Positions 11,819-24,839 of a DNA stretch of 64,000 nucleotides are shown here, piece by piece. Under the pieces are notes generated by a model. The model worked only from the letters and a program-made list of their open reading frames with translations. It did not search any database and was not told the origin of the DNA. Made by a program: the position numbers and the translations under genes. The number at the start of each line of letters is the position of its first letter. Within the stretch, counting starts at the first letter, position 1. Location: positions 4,340,001-4,404,000 of the forward strand of contig CM120642.1 in assembly GCA_051362555.1 (NCBI GenBank), given 5' to 3'. This stretch comes from Lingula anatina. Taxonomy: Eukaryota; Animalia; Brachiopoda.

Positions 11819-14800
11819 TTATCATTGACCTTGTCTTTACGATAAAGTTTCATATAAAGCGAGCGTGGACTCCAAGTAACGCATATAATAATTTATTATT
11901 ATGTCCAAGGCTTAAATAAAGTAGACATGCCAAGTACTACTCAAAATAAACCCCTCGTTCTGCCAAAAAGTAGCTTTAAAACTGTACCTTCATCACATTT
12001 CTGGTCGAAAATTGACCAATTTACATGTACCTGTTCAGCCAGGTTGGCGGATATTACAGGCACATTTTCCACAGTTCCAGTAAGGGGATGCAAATGTAAT
12101 TGCGCGCGCAACAGCATACTTGTTCAAATGAATTACCGAAAAAGACAAAAGATTTATTATAGCACAGAAAGAAAGCAGAATACTGTATATACTGCCTGAT
12201 GTAATGTGAAGTCCAGTACCTTAGAGAGATCTACAGGGGTAGTTTGCAGAACCACTTGTCTTGGCACTTGCTCCAACCAAGGTGCAGTTGTACGAGTCCC
12301 TTGAATATGACGACCGCTACAAAGAGTATTTAATCCCCAAATTTGTTTCTTGTCGCTAACACTTCTTTCTGACTAGATACCAAGCACTAAGCAAGTGGTA
12401 TGATCTACAGCGGGGCCTCCCTGGGCTGCACAAGAATCTCGTTGACGGCCACGTGATCTGGCTGCGTGACTGCGTAGAGGACAGCCTGGGCGATGACTTC
12501 AGATTCCAGAACTGGGTAAGAGCGAGGGTAAGTGAACAGCGGTTTACACTGAAATGATAATAATATATATTTTGCACGCTCTAGGTCACTGGTTTTTATA
12601 ATGCTACTTTCAAAGAGAATTTGCTTCATTTATTCTGCAAACAAAACCTTCGCGTAAGCAAATGCCAGCCGAAATGCCATTTTGATATTTAGGCCTCACA
12701 AACAAAAATTGCCGTTAGTTATTTCAAGCCACGGCCTTGTAAATTAACTACTAACCCAATTTAGAACTTGGAATTTCCGAAAGCTTGGCGTGTAGTTTTC
12801 GTACATAAACAGCGAGAGACATGATCGAAAGCTGATCAAATCGTTCCTAATAAAAATTGCGGTGCTTGCAGCAAGTATTTTGACGTTCGCACCATCGCAG
12901 TTGAAGTCGTTACTTCGGCGTTCACAATCACAAACCCGCGACTGGCAATCCCAAAAGACCATTTTGTCTAAAAGGCCAGATATTGTAAAACCTACACTCT
13001 CTGCGAGATATTGATAGTTCTTCGGTTTTACTGAAGCCTTAATTGTCCCATGTTTTGTGTACATGTAATTCATCTACAGTACAATATGCTGCCTCAATTA
13101 TCTTCATCCTCTCATGCTTTACGCTATATTTGGACATAAAAATAAAGGGAAGAGAAACTCGGAGCAAGATCAAAGGAGGGGGATGCATGGGATAGGCGGA
13201 TAGACCAATACAGGATTATGCGGTCTTCCTGTCAAGTAGGTCCGCCATATTTAGGACGTGGCCTAGCTAGCTCTCGGCTCTTCTGGCCTCTTAGTTGATA
13301 ATTTCTTTACTCTCAATATTAACCCCGTTGGAAAATGGCACCACACATGAATCGGCCGATACATTGCTTTTAAACCAGTTATATATCAGCTTAACATAGA
13401 TCATTACAATCTTGGACTTGATAACAAGTATTGGATACAAACGCCAGAACCCGTTTTTATGAGGTAACAGACAAAATTTACTGAAAACCCGGAACAAATT
13501 CGCCTACCCTTAATTTGATTTGACGATAAATTGATGAAGCATGTCATGTACATGTAAATCAGATATCGATTTTTTACTTTAAAAGCTGGCAATAAGAGAT
13601 GTAGTGGACAAAGTTCTACCTGCTCATCTTCCATTGTCATTCTATTCGTGGCGTAACCGGGCGTTTCAACTTCACCAGGTTGAATACAAGTAACACGAAC
13701 CCCATCCTTACAAACTTCCTGGCGTAGCGTCCGTGACATCCCTTCAACGAAGAACTTCGACCCTGTGTACACGGCTAGCCCTACCCTGGAATAATATAGT
13801 AATTTATAAATGAATTAATGTGCATTTAAACAGAATTAAATTATTTAAAAGATTTGCATCATGTCCGATCCAAATATGTGTAAAACAAATTAAATTTCAT
13901 GAAGTTATCAGAGCTCTAAATGTCCATTGCCTTCAGTGTAGCGTACTTAACTATTGGTATATAAAATTTGTTTCGACGAATTTGTTTCAATGCTGTAACT
14001 GTGGTGCTGTAAATATAAAAAATGACAAGTAACTGGGGTTTGAATAGTATTCATTTGATGAAAAGGTTTCTTGCACTTTTTGAAGTTAAAATGCTTTCGA
14101 ATGAAAAGTTGTAGATGGATTGATTTTGCAGTATGAGAGACGTAAGAACAAACTGATTAACTAAACGAAATAGGTCTAAGTGAACCAAGTTTGTAACAAG
14201 ATGATGAAAATCACCAAGGATTATTTTTGCAACTCTGAAAACTGATAGGTCAACAGGCTTTCTGACTGAATCGGATTCTCCAACTTTCATCTTTCATACA
14301 GAAGGGAGAGCTGGCAATTAACTATTACCTTCTTTCCATTTTGTGACGACATGTTGACGATATGACCACTTTTCCTTTCACACATCCCTGAGATCACAGC
14401 TCCAATACAGTTCAACACTCCCTGTAGAAGAAGAATCTTAACGATTATTTAAGGTGTATCTTAAAGGTGATCATACACATTTGAGAAAGCTCCAACGCCG
14501 TATCTTTTGTCTAAATGGCCTAAAAAATGCGTGTCTACATTTGTACCTTTCCAAGTTCAGACCTTCAAACTAGAAAATCCCTCACATAAAAGTATTCGAT
14601 ATTGGCGTTTTCTTCTGTGAAAAGCCAGGAAGACGCATGACGTATTTCGCTTAGAAGTCATATTGGTTTTAATTAAAATAGTACAAAACACTTTATCCTA
14701 GTGCAAACTTGAGGATTTCCGATGATCTACTTGCTGACTGCCAGTACACTTTAAAACCCACTTTGGTCCTACCTTGATGTTCACATCCACTTGCTGATCC

Positions 14801-16491
14801 CACTCTTCCACGTGAAGGTTCTTCATACACCTTATCACCCAGATACCCGCGTTATTCACCAAGATATCCACGGGACCCAGGGTGCTTTCTGTGTGCTGAA
14901 TAAGCTTCTTCAACTACGCGGGGATATTTAGTGTTGTATTCTTTCAATGCTAGGTTTTAAGATCATTTTTATCAATAACAATTTAACCATTTTAAGAATT
15001 CTTTGGAAAATTGCATTTTAAGGAACCACTATTTAAGCACAGTGTATAAGTATAGTCCTGACATGTAAAGAGCCACGTTGCTTCCACTTTGAAGAACACG
15101 GAGATGCCGCATATAACTCGCCGCCTTTCACTTAAATTATTGTTAATCCCGAACAAATCTTTTTCCTTGTTTTATTTCCTGAAATTATATAAATTTTACC
15201 TTGCGCCAATCTTACCGTAGCTCAAAAATGTCCTGTCCCAATTCATAACATGATTCATATCTCATTCATGCAAAATGTCACACCCCTTTTACCTCAGCTC
15301 TGTTTGTGACATCACATTTCACTGCTAGAGATACGCCCCCTTCTTCAGGGAGTTTAACTCCCAAGACGGAAGTACGTTGAGTTTTGATATATTTGTTTTA
15401 AATTTTGTTTTAAATTTGTTTACATTTGTCTTTTAATATTCCTTTATTCTTTCTTACTAATGGTTTTATTCAACTATGATGCAATGATTGTAATAATCCA
15501 ACCCTCGGGTTGCAAGTTTGGTAAAAATAATAATAGTAATCATTTAGCATTAAATGAAGTATAGCACAGGTGCTGAGCTTACGTATTCACCGATTTGGTG
15601 AACACTAAAGAAATAGGGAGACAAAATGTCAAAATTATCAAAGTACTCGACGTATTTCGGTCTTGGGGTGTCAACCCTATTGGGCTGAGGACTGGCTGGC
15701 TGAGGCAAATTGAGTAATTTAAATATGTACCATAAAACTACCGCCCACTGCAATTGGACAACTAACACACTAAGCGAGACCTGTATTTCACTCTGTTGAA
15801 CATCTGTTGCCTTCTTATTTGGCTGGCAGCACGTCAATCGTTTGGAATGCGCGAACAGAGGGTCGAGAAAAAGCATACGGAGAGTGAAACGCCAAGTAAA
15901 AGTGCTCTCATAAGCTTAGTAAACGTACAAGAATATGTCGTCACGTACATGCACACACACACAAATATACACATACCGGTTAGACACGTGCATTTCCTTT
16001 CAAGTTTTCATTTTACACCAAACCCGTAGCTATAGTATATTGCCGGTATAGCTAGAGCAGACATAGGACTTCGTCTGAGTCTCAAAGATGTGTACCTCTA
16101 CCAGGGTCGCAGATTGATTTTTCACCAGATATTATTAGATATGTCTCTGGTTAAATAGATGAATAATCTTTATACTGTGGGCCTCAGCAAAAAATTGTCC
16201 ACAATAATAACTGCGGCCCTAGTAGAGGGTAAAAGATGTGTACACTTCAGCGAAACGTGGGATTTACCCAGACAACACCCTTCCCCCGCCCCTAGCTCCC
16301 ATTAGACGGAATACTTCGAGGTGACGTGCATTTACATGTTTACAGGTATATCCAGGTTTCAGTCAACTATAGATGCCATATACTAAGACAAAAATGTCTT
16401 CAACTATACAATATTAAACACGCATTTTAAAAGCACTCACGCATCACATTGCGTGACCTAGATACAGCGACATTTAAAGATTCATATGAAG

Positions 16492-19400
16492 TAGTCCAGG
16501 AAATTGGTGAAAAATTGTGCATTTTTTACCTACAAGCATGAAATTTGGCACACTTATGGACAATAAAATTCTAAGCAAATTTGGATATATGGGCATGTCT
16601 GAAAATTCCAAAATGGCCGTCAAATACAATATGGCCACCAAAATACCTTTTCAAATTAAAACTTCATGTACATAGTCTTCTTATGACTTAAAATATCATA
16701 TTAAGGTTAGAAAACACCATGGTATGAATCCTTCAGGTGTATTAAATCCAAAATGGCCGCCAAAAGTAAAAAAAGCAGACCATTTATTCAAGATATCCAT
16801 TTGAATGGGGAATTCATCAAGCACTTAAAACTACAAGCATAAAATTTGGCAGGTTTGTGGAAAATGAAATTCTGAGCAAGTTTGGAAGTATGGGCATATC
16901 CGAAAATTTAAAAATTGCCTTCAAATCTAAGATGGCCTCCAAAAAATACGGCTTCTAATTAAAACTTCAAGTATATAGTCTTTTAAGGGCGTAAATATCA
17001 TACAAAGGTTAAAAAACACCACGGTATGAATTCAGAATCAATATTTGCTTTTTTAGGTGTATTAAATCCAAAATGGCCGCCAATAGTAAAAAGCACTCTA
17101 CTAATCCAAGATATCCAGCAGAGTGGTTAATTCATCAAAAACTACAAGCACGGCATTTGGTACAGTTGTAAAACAGGATTCCAAGCACTTTTGGATGTAT
17201 GAGCATGTCTAAAAATTTCAATATATGGCCCCCAAATCCAATATAGCCGACACAAATACCCGTTCAAATTAAAACTTCAAGTATATATAATCATATAATA
17301 ACTTAAGATAACATTTTATGGTTAGACAAGACTATGGTATGCATGAAGTATCAATATTTGATTCTTTAAGTGTATAGAAATCCAAAATGGCCTCCTAAAA
17401 TAAGAAAAACAGGCCACTCACAGCAGCAGTATGGTGAATTCATCATGCACTTAAAACTACAAGCATGAAAATTGGCTCAATTGTACAGAACAGGATTCTA
17501 AGCAATTTTTTATATAGGGACATGTCTGAATATTCTAATATGGCCACTAAAACCCTTTTAAAGTAAAAAAAGACTACTATATAATCTGACTGACAACAGT
17601 CTTTACTCTTTTTTGGTTTTTCACTCCTTTAGTTACATTTAGACCCAAATGACCATAAAAAATGGAACAGGACTCCTTTTGGTCTAGTTGTGACACCACA
17701 TGCAGCAATTCTATAAATGTCAAGGGTATGAAAATGTCAAGGTATTTTCACAAATAAGTTTCAAATTAACGAAAGTTATTTTATCAAGTAAGTGTTGCAC
17801 ATTTTATGGGCGGTCAACCTTTTACTTTAGTAAATGGACAATATCTCAACAGAGGATAACAACTAGCTTCACCGAAATTTCTACTTATTTGGTTAAATAA
17901 TTTTCATTCATTAATGTGTGCCTAGCTTTACTAGTAGTTGTGTTTCCCTCAGCTTTCCCAGTATTTCCTTAAAGCTAAAGCTTCTACATGTAATCCACTT
18001 TCCCCAACAAAATACCAAGAGGCATTGGTCGTTTTTAACACCAGAAAGCATCAGTTTACATGCATGAGGGTCAATAGGAATATGAAAGTGTGGTAGGGCA
18101 TAGTAGTAGATGTAGGTTACTAGTGTGAACCCTTATAGGACCAGTCTTCCAATGCTTCTGACTCAGTTTACATGCATGACGGTCCATAGGAACATGAAAG
18201 TGTGGAAGGGCATATTAGTAGATGTAGGTTACTAGTGTGAGCCCTTATAGCACCAGTCTTCCAATGCTTCTGACTCCCCTCACCACAGTTAGCAACTGCA
18301 CACATAACTACAAACAGATGTGGTGGGAGCTACCTGGTAGATTTTGTAAGCTGGGTAAGTGAATACTCCTCATGGCTTCATTCTGGATTGTCCCACAGAG
18401 ACAATGATGCAGGAAATCTAATGAATTTTTACCTTTCAAAGTCCATATTGCACTAATTTCTTGGTGTAATCCTCAGAATACATCGTTTTTTGAAGTTTTG
18501 TATGTATTAACTGTCTGAAGGATTTTAATTCTTTTATTTTCATGTTCAGTTTTTTGAAAGTACAAGTTTGTAACTAAACAAGTTGCCAAATGATCAAATG
18601 AAAACCAAAGTTTGGCGCCTATAGATCAGTGCTTCTTTTTTAGTGCACGAAGTGTGAAGTCTGCAATGCAACTCTTGGATACAGCACGTATCAACACCTG
18701 CCCTATGTTTGGGGTACAGGTATTTCTTTGCTCATAAATTTTCACTAAATTCTCGGTAGCCATTACTGTGAATGTACTAAAGCCAATTTTTTAAATAAGA
18801 AGCTTTTCTAATTTACTTTTGAAGCACAAGATAACATCATAACGAGTGCAAATGTGCCCCGCTTTTAGTACTTTACCAATGAAAAACACCAAATTGTTGA
18901 GACCTGTATGTTTGATTAGCTGTCATTTTTGTTATATTTATGAGCATTTGATGAAGCGCCATGCACTGATCTAGCTGAAGAATCATAACCAACAGACAAA
19001 ATTGGTACACCCCAAGTTTTTTATATTTGCCTCTTTAAGGCTAAGTTATTCTGGTGTTTCTTTCACATTTTATGGATTTTGCACGATACTTTTTTTCTTA
19101 GAAAGGGGGAGTCACTCATGAGTGCCATATAAGAAGATTGCTAACTGGGAATTGATCTAAATGAGAATCCAGAGCAAAAAGTCAAACTACTTATGTTGGT
19201 TTATCAAAAGAAGGACTTTTTTCAGTACATAATAAATGTATCATGCTTGATGGTTTTTTAAAAACTCTGTAGAATAGCTCCTGCACAGGTAGGAATATGC
19301 TGATTATACAGGTAGTTTGCAAAGCCCACATGCCTATTCCCGAGTGATTACAATTCAATAGTTGTGGTCTGCTGACTTTTGGAGGCCATTTGGGAATTTT

Positions 19401-19995
19401 AAAAACTTAAGTGGCAGATACTGATACTTCATGCATACAATGGTATTTTCTAACCATTAAATGATATTTTTATAATAGACTATACAAATAACTTTCACCT
19501 TGAAAGGGTATTTTGGGGGCAATATTGAAATTGGCTGCCATATTGGAATTTTCAGACATGCCCCTATATCCAACGTTGCTTAGAATCATGTTCTACATAA
19601 CTGTGCCAATTTTTATGCTTGTAATTGTAAGTGCTTGATGATTTTACAAAACTGCTGCATATTTTGCGTAAGTAAACTGCTTATTTTACTTTTGGAGACC
19701 ATTTTGGAATTCTATACACCTGTAGAAGCGGATATTGCCAATTCATTCATAGCATGATATTTTCCAGCTATAAAATGATATTCTAAACCATTTTAGGACT
19801 ATATATTAGATGTTTTAATTTAAAAGAGTATTTGTGGCGGCCATATTGGATTTGGCGGCCATACTGGAATTTTCAGACATGCCCATATATCCAAAAAAAG
19901 CTTAGAATTCCATTATCTACAACTGTAGCAAATTTCATGCTTGTAGGTAAAAAACGCACAATTCACCCTTTTTTCTGCACCAATTTCTTGGACTA
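16492..19995. mobile_element. 3.5-kb non-autonomous TIR transposon, Academ-like, 3-bp TSD AAG
   Basis: Termini TAGTCCAGGAAATTGGTG / CACCAATTTCTTGGACTA with AAG on both sides. About 310-bp subterminal repeats, four direct on the left and two inverted on the right. No transposase ORF. Superfamily inferred from termini and TSD length. Confidence 0.8.
18051..18275. repeat. Tandem duplication of about 110 bp inside the Academ-like element
   Basis: TCAGTTTACATGCATGA...CCAATGCTTCTGACTC occurs twice in tandem. Confidence 0.85.
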
Positions 19996-20038
19996 AAGTC
20001 AATTTTTGCTACAAAAACATACCAAATACCAGCATATA

Positions 20039-21386
20039 CAGACTTGACATTTAATACGGAATATCTTTTCCAAATCATTTTTCATCAGTTTTTTCCTATT
20101 TTGCTGACTGATAAATGAAAATAAGGGTTAAAATAGTGTTTTAATAACTTTTAATTATCTCTTTGATGCCATTGTGACATCAATAAATTAATGGAATTCG
20201 CTAGAGAAGCAAACAAAAACACATTGCCTATTCTATGTCATACCACAACAATTAAAAGAGATATTTTGGATCTCCATATTTTCCTAATTATTTTCTGTAA
20301 AAGAGTTACACGTCTCACAAAGAACCCCCATGTCAGTGTCTAGTCACGGTAACGGTTGCTGTTACGCTTGACCTCTTCTGTTTGCTACCAGCGCTCTCAA
20401 GTGGCAAGGCATTCCTTTGGTTAGGTTTTTAGAGTTCAATCTGGAATAACATTCCAGGCATCGGTCAAAATCTGTTCAATTTGGTCCAGTTTTGTTGTAG
20501 GACTTGTAGGCCATTGATTCGGCGAGTAATGGCCTACCCACATATTGTCTATGTGGTTCAAATATGGCGATTTTGATTACCAAGGTAGCTGTTCATTCCC
20601 TTGGTTCTGTAAGTAATCTGCTATTAAAAGTGCTATGTGTGTACCGGGAATTTCACCGTGCAACCTAAAATTGTTCCTAAGGTGCCCCCTATCATACGAT
20701 AGTCAAGAGGGTTCCCCTGAGGTCGTCTGGTATTCTAACCAGCTAAAACCAGTTTGGTGTTCGCTAAGGGCCTTAAAAATTCGTTTTGTTGGCAATTTAT
20801 CCCTCATTCTGAACGGACTGGGTGGTTTTTGTTTAGTTACAATAGCATATCCCGACAGACAATGGGTCCTGTACCCTGGTGGTAAGATTTCAATACATTG
20901 GTTGTGGCCTCTGTGTAGGTACATCAGTCTGGGCATTACTCTATAAAACTGTGCGGACCGTTTCGTTTGGCGCAATTATCTGTCTGGCAATGTCTGTCTT
21001 TTTCGCGCCATTCTGCCACAGATTAACAAATATGCAGAGCATTGCATAGCTCATTTTACACCTTGCAAAACCGACCACTTGCATGCAAAATTTGAAATTC
21101 TTCTATGCAGTAGTTGCCAGCATATCGATACTTTTTGACAGAACCATGCTTTGCCAAAGCCAAGCTTTGACCTGCCCAAAGAAGCACTACCCAATTAAAT
21201 CACTGCATATTACGTAATGCAGCAGCGCAACAAACCTGGTATTCAGTTAATTGGAAGCGACACACCTGACTACATACTTCTCCATTCACATATCTTATAT
21301 GAGATCGGAGTTTTTTGAAAAAAGAATGCATCTTTACCTAGGCATACCTTCGAAACTGAAATATTCCATATTAAATGTCAAGTCTG
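20039..21386. mobile_element. 1.35-kb non-autonomous TA-TSD element (Tc1/mariner-like)
   Basis: TA|CAGACTTGACATTTAATACGGAATAT ... ATATTCCATATTAAATGTCAAGTCTG|TA; 26-bp TIR with one mismatch. Confidence 0.75.
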
Positions 21387-23236
21387 TAGTTTCAAGGAGT
21401 ATAACTAAGAGAATTACCAAAAGACGTCGCTTAATATTACCAAAAAAAATGATATTTGAATGGATTTTTCTGGTAGCTTTCTATGCTGCAGAAAAGTAAG
21501 TCACATAAGTGGGTTAAATTTCTGACCACAAATTTAAAGAAAGTAGCAGTCTAAAGCTCTTTTATGGCTGATCGAGTGATTTATTCAGTTTATCCCTTGG
21601 CATGTCGACTTTATTTGAGTGGTATAAGGAACCAGTAGAAGTGGTATATATGTGTTACTGGTAATCCACGCTCCACCGCTGCTCAGTTCATACCGTATAT
21701 ACCTTATGAAGAGTAGGTGCAGTTCAAACATTCCCTGACCCGACTGAAAGCGCCTTATGTACATGTACTGTACCTTACGTACTTAATCAAAAATACCGGT
21801 AACTACAATACAGTACAATAGATTTTATTTCATGTCGGGTATAAATGGAAAGAAAGCATTAGCTTTGAAGCTATTCACCGACTGGGCAAGGACAAACATT
21901 TCTACAAACAGTGCAATATTTACATGTAGGACAGTAAGGGGAATGTCTTTCTACTAATAATATACTGATACACATGAAGTCTACCAAGATAAATGAAAAA
22001 TATATGAAAAATATACAAAATGTAGACTTAATTAATTGTGAAAAACAAACATTTCTACATACATTGCTCACTAATATGGATGCATAAAATAATGTAAACA
22101 TGTTCTATTATTGCACAGTTTCACTAAATGCATATAGATTCCACAGGCTACATTTGCATTTGGGTCCTTTCCTTCCTTAACTATATATGTAACACTTTAT
22201 TCGTTCACTTAGGTGGTGCTCACCTCTTGCAGACGTCTGCATCCTTAAGAGCACTGCAATTTAACTTAAATATACGATTTCTTCTGCTAAAATGCAATGC
22301 CACGAATTTGCCAGATCACCCTATTGTGGTTGATAAATACGTAATACATTATTTGTAAATCATCGCTAGATGGCGCTTAAGAACAACTGCAACCACAAGT
22401 AATAAAACTGTAACCAAATTCCCATGTTTAGTCACACGAAGAAAGAATTAAGCGTGAACTTATTGGATTGGAAAACAACAATGTAAACCTGATCAGCTTA
22501 CTTGTGTAATAATAATAATAATAATAATAATAATTGGAATCTCATTCTAATGATATGATAAGAATCAAGCATCCATGTTTTCCTTACCTGATAGTTAAGA
22601 CAATATTCACCCTGATTTTCTGACCCATGATATTGTAAAATCATGCAGACTCACATATGGACATATGGGGGAGGGGGGGTTAATATTTATAAATGGCCAA
22701 TTGTATTTGAAAGACAACCTACATACGTCGTTTACAGCCTTCTTTCCCAATGTCCTGCTCATTGAAAAATAAAGTGATAGTTTAGGAGGCATAAGAATAG
22801 TTAGGTTGTTTCAATGTTAGTGTAATCAAAGAGTTGTACTCATCTTTGGTGTAATTCATTTGCATAAATGTGAAATTGTAGTTTTACTTAATCTGAACAC
22901 AAGGTTGAAAAAAATCGTAGGGTCTGCACCGACAGCGTGTCAATCTTCAATGAAGCCACTCAAAAGGCGTGCAGGAAAAACACTGATATTGAAAGGACGA
23001 TAATAAATCGAATTAAAATTGATATCCAAATTAATTTTCAACCCTTTTATATTCAATAAAAGTGATGAAATGTACTGAATTCAGAAGTATTGGAAGAACC
23101 ATGATCAAATACGTATGGAAGAAGGTTTACCAATGAAATTTTAACTTTTAAAATGACAGAAACCGTTGTTGAAAAGAATTTGCCAACTGACAGCGGCTTG
23201 AAAGCGTTTCTTTTCAATCTTGATTGCCTGATTTTG

Positions 23237-23490
23237 GCCCATTCCCGAAGACGCCATCGGTCTACGTAGATCGGTCCAAGTTTGCGGGGACCCTTGCTGA
23301 ACGCAATCAACTGACTGAATGATATGCCTCCTCCTAGCCCCGAGAAGAATACAGAAAAGCAGGTATTTAAACAAGTACGTTGGGAAAAAAACAGGAGTCG
23401 TGTCATACATTAAAGCTGATTGCACTCAGCATGAGTCCCCGAACAGTCGGAACGATCTACGTACACAGATGGTGTCTATGGAATGGGGTC
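23237..23490. mobile_element. MITE with about 40-bp TIRs (CCCATTCC-terminal family) at an inversion junction
   Basis: CCCATTCCCGAAGACGCCATCGGTCTACGTAGATCG pairs with CGATCTACGTACACAGATGGTGTCTATGGAATGGGG. Confidence 0.7.
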
Positions 23491-24839
23491 TTAGAAGTTA
23501 AATAACTTCTTTTCTGCACTTGCACCGTGCAGCTGCAGTTGGAGTCAGACCGGTGCCGCGTACTAAAGAGTCCCTTGTATGAGATCCCGGTTCTTATTGA
23601 GTCGTACAGAAACCCCCAGGCCTAGATTATGGCCCACCCAAGGCACGTTGATTCTAACCCGTTACCTAGAACCTCATTTTCTAATATAATCAAAATCGTG
23701 GGAAAAGCAGCGAGAAATCGATGAAAACGCGATCAAACATTGGTCCTGTTTTTTTAAACAATACAGTGTTAGCTGTGAATATCGATGCCATCCGCCGGTA
23801 AAAGCATGGTTGCAGTCTTTGGTCCCGTTCATCATCTTACCTTGTCTTCATAATCGTCTTCTCGACCTTGGCTTGTAAAATTCAATCTGGCTTTACATTG
23901 TATTTCAAGAAAGCTTGAGCATACATCATTGGCTATGTATAAAGTAAATTTGCTCTAACACTAGCTTTCGATGAAGCTTTCAACGATTGGTTCAGATCTT
24001 CATTTCGTTAATTAACGGTGTAATAATAATTTGTTTCATGTGCACTTCAACTGCTCTCGTCTCAGGATTCCCCTGGCGTAAACTCAAGCAACATACCAGA
24101 AAATGCATTGTATTTGTAAAAAAAACAAAAATATGAAATGCAAAAACAAACGTTTGGATTGACTCACGCGTCGCCCAGGAATCCATTCGAATTCAGGACA
24201 GAAAAATTCAAGTAAGTGCGCATAGATAGAAGAAGTGTAGTTAATTTTTTTCTGAAAAAAAATTTTAATTATTTACTCACAAAACTAGAACTTAGCAGGA
24301 GAATTTCATTCACAGTTCTGTGTTCATTTTCCTTGAAATTCTGTTGACTGGAATTGTAATTTAAAGCAATAAGATAAAAACACACTAGTTTCATGATCAT
24401 AGGTTAAACAACAGCTTCTGAATGAATAAATAGAATCAATATTGTTCATGTTTGAAACCGTCTGTGGTAAATGATCAAAAGTCACCAAGAATGTGCTATT
24501 AATACATTTATTTTTCATGCTTACTGATTTCATTCAAATAGCGAAGAAGTACATGTATCAATTTTACTGACACTACCCTTCACTGAGAAAAGCAAAAGTT
24601 TTGTCCAAAATCAAATTGTCTCGACGAGATGTATTTTGTCTCGAGTTATTTTGGTGTTCTAGAGATCGAATGTGAATGGAATATCTTTTCAACTTAGAAA
24701 AACAACAAGTCTCTTTTAAACTCATCTTTTCCTTCCTTCCTTCCTTCCTTAGTCGAAAGCAACGCAAGACGCATTGGAAACTATAAGAAAGATCTCTCCG
24801 AAATATCACCCCTAAAAATTAGTTAAGGAAAAACACAAG

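Larger units (their letters stand above)
12405..22242 (-). pseudogene. SDR copy 3, inverted and probably dead; exons 22224-22242, remnant 15293-15346, 14773-14913, 14329-14421, 13620-13785, 12405-12548
   Basis: Exon 2 has lost its acceptor and the TGASSGIG Rossmann motif. Exon 5 is 166 nt vs 171 nt in copies 1 and 2 (5-nt deletion just after the acceptor, frameshift). Intron 1 is inflated by transposons. Confidence 0.8.

Noticed and set aside
20635-20975. Overlapping ORFs inside the TA-TSD element
   Set aside because: No DDE/HTH or other transposase motif.
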